From: an uncultured Planctomycetales bacterium
Lineage (GTDB): Bacteria > Planctomycetota > UBA1135
Assembly: GCA_964506175.1 (NCBI GenBank)
Contig: CAZDMB010000005.1
Location: 1-29,218, forward strand
Length of the DNA stretch: 29,218 bases
Direction of reading: 5' to 3'
Of the stretch, positions 9,188 through 15,709 are shown piece after piece. Each line of letters opens with the position of its first letter. Within the stretch, counting starts at the first letter, position 1. The position numbers and the translations under genes are program-made. The notes under the pieces are model-generated. The model was not told the origin of the DNA. It saw only the letters and a program-made list of their open reading frames with translations, and did no database searches.

Positions 9188-9721
9188 TCAATTCCATTGC
9201 CGGCGGACGAGCCAGGCGGCGCCGAAGGCGCCGGCGAACACGGCCAGGAAGAAGGCCCAACTGCCTGCCAGCAGCAGCGCCCCGCCAGTGAGCGCTTGGC
9301 CGGAAGTGCAGCCGCCGGCCATGCGGCTGGCGAAGCCGGCGATCACGCCTCCCCCCACCGCCAACAGGGCGCGGCCGCGGGCGCTGGCGCGCGGGCCGCG
9401 CTCGAGCACCAACGAGCGCTCGCGGCGGCCCGCGGACAAGGCGGCGGCGAGTCCGCCGAAGAAAGTGCCGATCGCCATGAAGACGAGGTAGTGACGCAGG
9501 GGATTGCCCGCGGCGAACCACGGAGCGAAATAGGAATTGTTCTCGGTGGCGGCCGGCGCCACGACGTGCGCGGCGGCGGCGCCCACGCGCGCGATCGCTC
9601 CGCTCGCGCCAAGGCCGACGCCCAGCACGAGGAACGAAGCGAGAAGCACGAGGCCGAGGACGACCCCCGCGAGATAGGGATTCCAGAGCGGCGCGGGCGC
9701 CTCTTGGGTTCGGGATTTCAT
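9188..9721 (-). CDS. YeeE/YedE family membrane protein, first half
   Basis: Likely start is ATG 9721, 2 nt after the upstream stop. WNPYLAGVVLG, LGASG and RMAGGCTSGQAL motifs. Confidence 0.9.
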   Translation of the reverse strand: MKSRTQEAPAPLWNPYLAGVVLGLVLLASFLVLGVGLGASGAIARVGAAAAHVVAPAATENNSYFAPWFAAGNPLRHYLVFMAIGTFFGGLAAALSAGRRERSLVLERGPRASARGRALLAVGGGVIAGFASRMAGGCTSGQALTGGALLLAGSWAFFLAVFAGAFGAAWLVRRQWN

Positions 9722-9723
9722 GG

Positions 9724-11688
9724 CTAGCAACCAGCGGATCGAGGTTTGCGCGCCGGAGCCGGCGCAGCGGCGGGGGCCGGCCGCGCCGCGGCCGGAGCGC
9801 CCGCGGCGGACGCGGCTTGGAGGACGCCCGCGCCGCCGAACGAGTCCTGCCACCAAGCGGCGGTGCCTCCGAGCAGCACGCGCACGTCGCGCTCCGGATG
9901 ACGCGCGAGCAAGGCGCCGGCAGCGGCGAAGGCCTGCGTGCCGTCACGGTCCAGAAGCACCGCGCGCGTTCCGGCCGGCAGCGCCCGCAGCGCGCCGTCG
10001 AGTTCGGCCGGCGCCAGATTCACCGCGCCGGGGACGTGGAATTCGGCGTAGTGGGTCGCGGGGCGCAGATCGAACAGCGCCCAGCGCCCTGGCTGGCTCT
10101 CCAACGCGCGCGCCAAGGCCGCCGCGTCCATCGCCTCGGGCAGGAGCAAGTCGGCGGCGGGTGCCGCCGTCGCCAACTCCTGCGCGGCCTCCCCTTCCAC
10201 GGCCTGGCCGGCGCTGATCCAGGCGTCGAGGCCGCCGTCCAAGCTCAGGACTTCGGCGAAGCCGAGCCGTTCCGCCAGACCCAACGCCATGCTGCTGCGA
10301 TAGGCGGAGTTGCAGGCGAACAGCGTCGCCTGCTTGGGATCGAGCACGCGAGCGAAGTCCTGCCAGTCGGAGAGCGGCAGCAGGCCGGTGCCGGGGATGC
10401 GCAACTCGGCGTGCTCGGCCGGCGTGCGCACGTCCACCAGCAGCGGCTCGGTGCCGGCGGCGATGCGGCGCGCCAGTTCGGCGGGCGACAGCAACTCGGC
10501 GCGTCGCACCGGCTGGCCGGCGCCTTGCCACGCGTCCATGCCGCCCGCCAGCCAGCCGCGCGGCGCGTCGTAGCCGATCCGGCGGAAGCGGAATGCGGCC
10601 TCGCGCGCGTCCGCCTCGGCGCCGATCAGCACGATCGGCGCGTCGAAGGGCACCACCGTGCCGAGCCAGGTGTCCACGCGGCCGCGCAGGGCGATGTTGA
10701 TGGCGCCGGCCACGTGGCCTGCGGCGTATTCTTGCTGACTGCGCAGGTCCACGAGCCATGCGCCGTGCGCCGCGAGATCCGCGACGGCCTGCGGCGTCAG
10801 CGCGGGCGGCGCTTCGTTCGTCCATTGCAGCACGGGCGGGCCCGCGCGGTTGAGCGCCACGTTGTGAGAGAAATACTGCGGCGCCACGGGCAGTCCGGCC
10901 ACCGTGCGGGAGATGAACGCGGCGCGCGACTGCGGCTGCAGATAGGGGTTGCTGCGTCGCTCCGCGCCGAGCAGCGCGCTCGTGTCCGGCGCCAGGTGCG
11001 CGCCGCACAGCGAGCCGGCGCCGTGCGCGGGCAGGATGCGCGTGGTGTCCGGCAAGGCCGCGAAGCGCGCGATCGAGTCGTAGGCCGCGTTCGCCAGCAG
11101 GGCGGGCGTGACCTCGCCGCCGACGAGATCGGGGCGGCCGATGCCGCCGAGGAACAGAGTGTCGCCGGTCAGGGCATAGGCGGGAGCCGTTGCGCCCCCG
11201 ACCCGCACGAGGGCGGTCATGGCGTCCAGGGTGTGGCCCGGGGTCGCCCAGAATTCCAACTCGGCGGAGCCGAAGCCGAAACGATCGCCGTCGTGCAGGG
11301 CGCGGTGCGGGAAGCCCGAATGGCTGGCGCCGCTGATCAAGATTTCGGCGCCCGCGCGCGCCGCCAGTTCCGTGTGTCCGGCCACGAAATCGGCATTGGT
11401 GTGCGAGAGGTAGACCGCGCGGATCTTGACCCCCAGATCCTGGGCGTCCTTGAGGTAGTGATCCACGTCCCGCATCGGGTCGACGACCACGGCCTCCCCG
11501 CCGGAGGCGAGCAGGTAGCTCAGTTGGGACAAGCATCCCAACTGGTATTGCCGCAGAAGGAAGTCCCCCGATCGCTCCTCGAAGGAGATCTGCGGGGTGG
11601 AAGCGGTGGCGGCGTGCGTGGCGGCCTCGGCGTCCTTGCCTTGAGGCAGCGGCAGGGCCAGGGCGAGTGCAAGGAGGGTGGGGCTCAT
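9724..11688 (-). CDS. CstB-like persulfide dioxygenase (MBL fold) fused to three rhodanese domains, with a predicted signal peptide and a C-terminal Cys tail
   Basis: LGCLSQLSYL, VVVDP, SHTNADFVAGH, TPGHT, LTGDTLF, PAHGAGSLCG and PQYF; rhodanese 1 has no Cys, rhodanese 2 has CNSAYRS, rhodanese 3 has Asp in place of Cys; the protein ends in an Ala/Pro linker plus RKPRSAGC. Confidence 0.9.
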   Translation of the reverse strand: MSPTLLALALALPLPQGKDAEAATHAATASTPQISFEERSGDFLLRQYQLGCLSQLSYLLASGGEAVVVDPMRDVDHYLKDAQDLGVKIRAVYLSHTNADFVAGHTELAARAGAEILISGASHSGFPHRALHDGDRFGFGSAELEFWATPGHTLDAMTALVRVGGATAPAYALTGDTLFLGGIGRPDLVGGEVTPALLANAAYDSIARFAALPDTTRILPAHGAGSLCGAHLAPDTSALLGAERRSNPYLQPQSRAAFISRTVAGLPVAPQYFSHNVALNRAGPPVLQWTNEAPPALTPQAVADLAAHGAWLVDLRSQQEYAAGHVAGAINIALRGRVDTWLGTVVPFDAPIVLIGAEADAREAAFRFRRIGYDAPRGWLAGGMDAWQGAGQPVRRAELLSPAELARRIAAGTEPLLVDVRTPAEHAELRIPGTGLLPLSDWQDFARVLDPKQATLFACNSAYRSSMALGLAERLGFAEVLSLDGGLDAWISAGQAVEGEAAQELATAAPAADLLLPEAMDAAALARALESQPGRWALFDLRPATHYAEFHVPGAVNLAPAELDGALRALPAGTRAVLLDRDGTQAFAAAGALLARHPERDVRVLLGGTAAWWQDSFGGAGVLQAASAAGAPAAARPAPAAAPAPARKPRSAGC

Positions 11689-11691
11689 CGT

Positions 11692-11724
11692 TCTATGCTT
11701 GTATGCGCATATTCGAGAGCGAAT
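11692..11724. promoter_or_regulatory. Candidate operator/promoter region of the sulfur operon
   Basis: AT-enriched patch with the perfect palindrome TATGCGCATA (11702-11711) and the inverted repeat ATTCG-AGAG-CGAAT (11711-11724), 13-36 nt upstream of ATG 11688, between divergent genes. Confidence 0.45.
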
Positions 11725-11776
11725 CCCTCATCCCCCGCACGCCTCCCTCCCCGCGCCGCGCTGGCAGGATTCCGCG

Positions 11777-13234
11777 GTGCATCCAGGCGACCGCGCCGTC
11801 GTCGCCCTCACGGGGGCGACCGGGTACGTCGGCGGCCGCTTGCTGCGGACGCTCGAAGCCGGCGGAGCTTCCGTGGTCTGCCTGGCGCGCCGCCCGGAGC
11901 ATCTGAACGGCAAAGTCGGGCCACGGACGCGCGTCGTCGCGGCCGACCTGCTGCAACCCGCCGGCCTGGAGGAAGCGCTCCAGGGGACGACGGTCGCCTA
12001 CTACCTCATCCATTCGATGGGCGCTCCGCAGGGCGACTTCGAGGAGCAGGATCGTCAGGCCGCGCGCAACTTCGGAGCGGCAGCGCGCGCCGCCGGCGTG
12101 CGGCGCATCGTCTACTTGGGCGGCTTGGCGCCGGCAGGGACGCGCCTCTCGCCGCATCTGCGCAGCCGGCATGAGGTCGGCGAGATCCTGCGCGCCGCCG
12201 GCGTCGAGACCATCGAGCTTCGCGCCTCCATCGTGCTCGGCGCGGGCAGCCTGTCGTTCGAGTTGGTGCGCGCACTGGTGGAACGATTGCCGTTCATGAT
12301 CGTCCCGCGTTGGACGCGCGTCGAGGCGCAGCCGATCGCCGTCGCCGACTTGATCGCTTACCTGGAGGAGGCCGCGCGTCTGCCGCCGGGTCCCAGCCGC
12401 GTCTATGAGATCGGCGGCGCGGACCGCTGCTCCTACGAAGGACTGATGAAGGAATACGCGCGGCAGCGCGGCCTGACGCGGCCCATGCTGCGCGTGCCGG
12501 TGATCACGCCGTGGCTCTCCAGCCTGTGGCTCGGCCTCGTGACCCCGCTGTACGCGCGCATCGGCCGCAAACTGATCGAGTCGATTCGCAACCCGTCGAT
12601 CATGCAGGACCTTTCGGCCCTGCGCGACTTTACGGTGCGCCCGCTGGGAGTCGCGGAGGCGATGCGACGTTCGCTCGAAGACGAGGAGCGGGAAGTGGTG
12701 CTCACCCGATGGCACGACGCCGTCTCGTCCTCGGGCAATCCGCGCTCGTGGGGCGGCGTGCGTTTCGGCAACCGCCTCGCGGACGCCCGCAGCATGCGGG
12801 TGCGCGTTCCTCCGGAGCGCGCCTTCATTCCCATTCAGCGCCTCGGCGGCGCTACCGGCTACTACGCCTGGAACTGGCTGTGGCGCCTCCGCGGAGCCCT
12901 CGACCTGTTGGCGGGCGGCGTCGGCATGCGGCGCGGCCGCGCCCATGCGCAGCAGTTGCGCGTCGGCGACGCCGTGGATTTCTGGCGCGTCGAGTCCTTC
13001 GAGCCGGGCCGGCGACTGCGGCTCGCCGCCGAAATGCGCCTGCCCGGACGCGCTTGGCTGGAGTTCGAAGTCGTGCCCGACGGCGCCGGCGCCAAGATCA
13101 TGCAGACCGCGGTGTTCGACCCCGTGGGAGTGCTGGGCAATCTGTACTGGTATCTGGTCTTTCCCCTGCACGCGCTCGTCTTTCGCGGCATGCTCAAGGG
13201 CATCGCGCGCGCGGCGGAGACGCCGGCGCCCTAG
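11777..13234 (+). CDS. NAD(P)-binding SDR-like oxidoreductase with C-terminal DUF2867 (YbjT-like)
   Basis: TGATGYVG Rossmann motif, YYLIHSM, RRIVYLGGL, GDAVDFWRV and EMRLPGRAWLEF. Start re-assigned to GTG 11777, which has CAGGAT 6 nt upstream; the track start at 11678 overlaps the divergent gene. Confidence 0.88.
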   Translation: MHPGDRAVVALTGATGYVGGRLLRTLEAGGASVVCLARRPEHLNGKVGPRTRVVAADLLQPAGLEEALQGTTVAYYLIHSMGAPQGDFEEQDRQAARNFGAAARAAGVRRIVYLGGLAPAGTRLSPHLRSRHEVGEILRAAGVETIELRASIVLGAGSLSFELVRALVERLPFMIVPRWTRVEAQPIAVADLIAYLEEAARLPPGPSRVYEIGGADRCSYEGLMKEYARQRGLTRPMLRVPVITPWLSSLWLGLVTPLYARIGRKLIESIRNPSIMQDLSALRDFTVRPLGVAEAMRRSLEDEEREVVLTRWHDAVSSSGNPRSWGGVRFGNRLADARSMRVRVPPERAFIPIQRLGGATGYYAWNWLWRLRGALDLLAGGVGMRRGRAHAQQLRVGDAVDFWRVESFEPGRRLRLAAEMRLPGRAWLEFEVVPDGAGAKIMQTAVFDPVGVLGNLYWYLVFPLHALVFRGMLKGIARAAETPAP

Positions 13235-13242
13235 GATCTGCC

Positions 13243-14814
13243 GTGCGCGCCTTCCTCTGGATTGCTCTCGCGGTCGGCCTGGGTCTGGCAGCGCGCGGCC
13301 TGCGCCCGCCGGCGCCGCGCGCCGCGGACGCTCCCGGCGCCGAGTTCTCGGCGGAGCGGGCCTTTCCGGCTATCGCGGCGCTGGCCGCCGCTCCGCGGGC
13401 GCGCCCGGCCACGCATCACGAGAAATCGCGCTCCTTTCTCGCGGGACGGCTGCGCGCGCTCGGCTTCGAGCCGCAGGAGCAGGCCGCCGTGGTGGACGGT
13501 CTGCCCGTGCGCAATCTCCTGGCGCGCCGCGCCGGCAGCGGCGCCCAGAGCGGCGCCGTGTTGCTGTGCGCGCACTACGATTCGGTCGCCGCCGGACAGG
13601 GCGCAGGCGACGATGCGCTCGGCTGCGCGGTGCTGCTCGAGCTGCTGCGCGCGCTCGGCGAGGCGCCGCCGCCGGCGCGCGATCTCATCGCGCTGTTCAC
13701 CGACGGCGAAGAGATCGCCCTGCTCGGCGCACGCGCCTTCCTGCTCGGCGGCGACGCCGCTTCCCCGCCGCATCCCTGGGCGCAAGACGTGGCCTTGGCC
13801 TTGAATTTCGAGGCGCGCGGCAGCGGCGGCCCGGCGTGGATGTTCCAGACCAGTGCGGGCAATCTCGACATGGTGCGGGCGCTGGCCGGCGCCCCGGCGC
13901 CTGCTGGGTCCTCGCTGGCGAAGGCGGTGTACGACCGGATGCCGAACGACACCGATTTGACGGTCTTCCTGCGCGCCGGCGTGCCGGGGATGAACTGGGC
14001 CTGCGTGGACCGCTTCGCCTCCTACCACACCAAGCTCGACGTGCCGGAGCGCCTCGATCGCGGCACGCTGCAGCAGATGGGCGATCAGGGCCTGACGATC
14101 GCGCGCTGGGCCCTGGACTGGCGCGGAGCGTTCGACGCCGGCAAAGACGCCGCCTACTTCACCATCCTTGGCGGGGTTTTCGTTCACCATCCGCTGCGCT
14201 GGACGCGCGCGCTGGCGCTCGTGCCTGCGCTCGCCTTTCTCGCGTGGTCGCGAGTCCGCCGACGCCGCCCCGGCGCCGTGGCGCTCGGCTTCCTGCCGGT
14301 GGCGGGCGCCCTGCTGATCGCCGCCGCCGTGATTCTCCTGGCGCAAGCGGCCGCTCCCGGCGCCTTCAGCATGGAGGCTTCCCATGCCAGCGACGACCAT
14401 CTGCGCGCGCTCGGACTGTCCGCCGCCCTGGCCGCAGCCGTGGCCGCGCTGCTGGTGCAGGATTGGGCGCGCCGCCGCTGGCCGCGCGCCGACGGCGATG
14501 CCGCCTCCCTGCTGCTCGCCGGCGCCGGCGCGGTCACCCTTTCCTTCGCCCTTCCCGAGGGCGCCTTCCTGCTGCTCGTGCCCGCGACCTGCGTGCCGCT
14601 GGCGCTGCTCGTGCCAGGAAGCGGCGCGGCCGCGTGGCTGGCGCGCGGCGCCGCCGTCGTGCTGGTGGCGAGCCTGATCGGCACGTGGGTCTACAGCCTG
14701 ATCATCGCCCTCGCCTTGCCGGCGGTGCTGGTTCCTTCGCTGCTGGCCGCGTTCACCGTGCTCGTGTTGCGCCCGCTGTGGACCGCTAGCCCGGCGGCGG
14801 CACCCAGCGCCTGA
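13243..14814 (+). CDS. M28 family membrane metallopeptidase (ER/vacuolar membrane protease-like)
   Basis: C-terminal part of track ORF 12511..14814. GTG 13243 has TAGGAT 5 nt upstream. Motifs LLCAHYDSV, GAGDDALG, FTDGEE, NFEARG, PNDTD and YHTKLD, followed by several TM helices. Confidence 0.9.
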   Translation: MRAFLWIALAVGLGLAARGLRPPAPRAADAPGAEFSAERAFPAIAALAAAPRARPATHHEKSRSFLAGRLRALGFEPQEQAAVVDGLPVRNLLARRAGSGAQSGAVLLCAHYDSVAAGQGAGDDALGCAVLLELLRALGEAPPPARDLIALFTDGEEIALLGARAFLLGGDAASPPHPWAQDVALALNFEARGSGGPAWMFQTSAGNLDMVRALAGAPAPAGSSLAKAVYDRMPNDTDLTVFLRAGVPGMNWACVDRFASYHTKLDVPERLDRGTLQQMGDQGLTIARWALDWRGAFDAGKDAAYFTILGGVFVHHPLRWTRALALVPALAFLAWSRVRRRRPGAVALGFLPVAGALLIAAAVILLAQAAAPGAFSMEASHASDDHLRALGLSAALAAAVAALLVQDWARRRWPRADGDAASLLLAGAGAVTLSFALPEGAFLLLVPATCVPLALLVPGSGAAAWLARGAAVVLVASLIGTWVYSLIIALALPAVLVPSLLAAFTVLVLRPLWTASPAAAPSA

Positions 14815-15691
14815 TGCCGGGCAGGCTGCGGAAGAGCAGCGCGTGATACAGCGCGCGCGGCAGCAGCCGGCGCAGCAGATAGAAGATCCGCGCGTCCGGC
14901 GTCACGGCCATGCGCAAGGGCGGACGCCGCCTCCCCGCGCACGCCAGGATGCGCGCCGCGACTTGGTCCGCCGTCGCCGGCGACTTGAGCATCAACTTGG
15001 CGATGAAGGGACTCATGTGCCGGTAGTAGGCCGCATAGGCGCCCTGTCCCTCCTCCTCGCTTGCCGGCCGCAGCACGCGCGTGAAGGAGTCCGAGCGGAC
15101 GAAGCCGGGCTGCACCAGGCTCACGCGCACTCCCCAGGGCCGCATCTCGTACCACAGCGCCTCGCTCGCGCCTTCGAGCGCCCACTTGCTCGCCGAGTAG
15201 GAGCCCATGGTCGGCATCGCCATCATGCCGCTGACGCTGCTGACGTTCAGGATGCGGCCCCATCGCTGCGCGCGCATGTGGGGCAACACGAGGCGGGCGA
15301 GCGCCACCGGCGCGAAATAATTCACCGCCTGCTGCGCGGCCTCGTCCGCCTCGGACATGTCCTCGAGCGCCGCCCGGTAGGACACGCCGGCATTGTTGAT
15401 GAGCACGTCCACGCCGCCCCAGCGCGCCGCCGCCGCGGCCACCACGGCGCGCCGCTCCTCCGCGCGCGTGACGTCCAGCGGCAGGAGCAGCAGGCCGTCG
15501 CCGTCGCCGAGCGTGGTGGTCAGCGCGGGCAAGGATGCCGGGCGCGCCGTCAGCACGGCGCGGCAGGCGCCCCGCGACGCCGCCGCCGCCAAGCGGCGCG
15601 CCAGCGCCAGCCCGATGCCCGAGGAACAGCCGGTGACCAACACCACCGGCGGCCCGCCGCGGGCCCGGGCGGGAAAGCCCGGTGCGCGCAA
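14786..15691 (-). CDS. Classical short-chain dehydrogenase/reductase
   Basis: TGCSSGIG, NNAG, NVSS and YSASK motifs. The TTG start is supported by TAGACT 7 nt upstream. Overlaps the M28 gene end convergently by 29 nt. Confidence 0.92.
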   Translation of the reverse strand: MRAPGFPARARGGPPVVLVTGCSSGIGLALARRLAAAASRGACRAVLTARPASLPALTTTLGDGDGLLLLPLDVTRAEERRAVVAAAAARWGGVDVLINNAGVSYRAALEDMSEADEAAQQAVNYFAPVALARLVLPHMRAQRWGRILNVSSVSGMMAMPTMGSYSASKWALEGASEALWYEMRPWGVRVSLVQPGFVRSDSFTRVLRPASEEEGQGAYAAYYRHMSPFIAKLMLKSPATADQVAARILACAGRRRPPLRMAVTPDARIFYLLRRLLPRALYHALLFRSLPGIRRWVPPPG

Positions 15692-15709
15692 GGCTCCGAG
15701 TCTAGCGGT

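Noticed and set aside
9724-9729. Sec or Pyl readthrough after the terminal GC of the dioxygenase
   Set aside because: The stop is TAG, not TGA, the next gene starts 2 nt later, and there is no pyl or SECIS context.
11390-11410. HTNADF in place of HxHxD as a sign of an inactive dioxygenase
   Set aside because: The mononuclear Fe ligands of ETHE1/CstB-type enzymes (first His of this motif, the TPGH His and the GD Asp) are all retained.
12511-13242. N-terminal extension of the 767-aa ORF
   Set aside because: It overlaps the DUF2867 gene in another frame; the M28 peptidase starts at GTG 13243.
14786-14814. 29-nt convergent overlap of the M28 and SDR genes as an antisense control element
   Set aside because: Short 3' overlaps are common in compact high-GC genomes, and nothing further supports a regulatory role.
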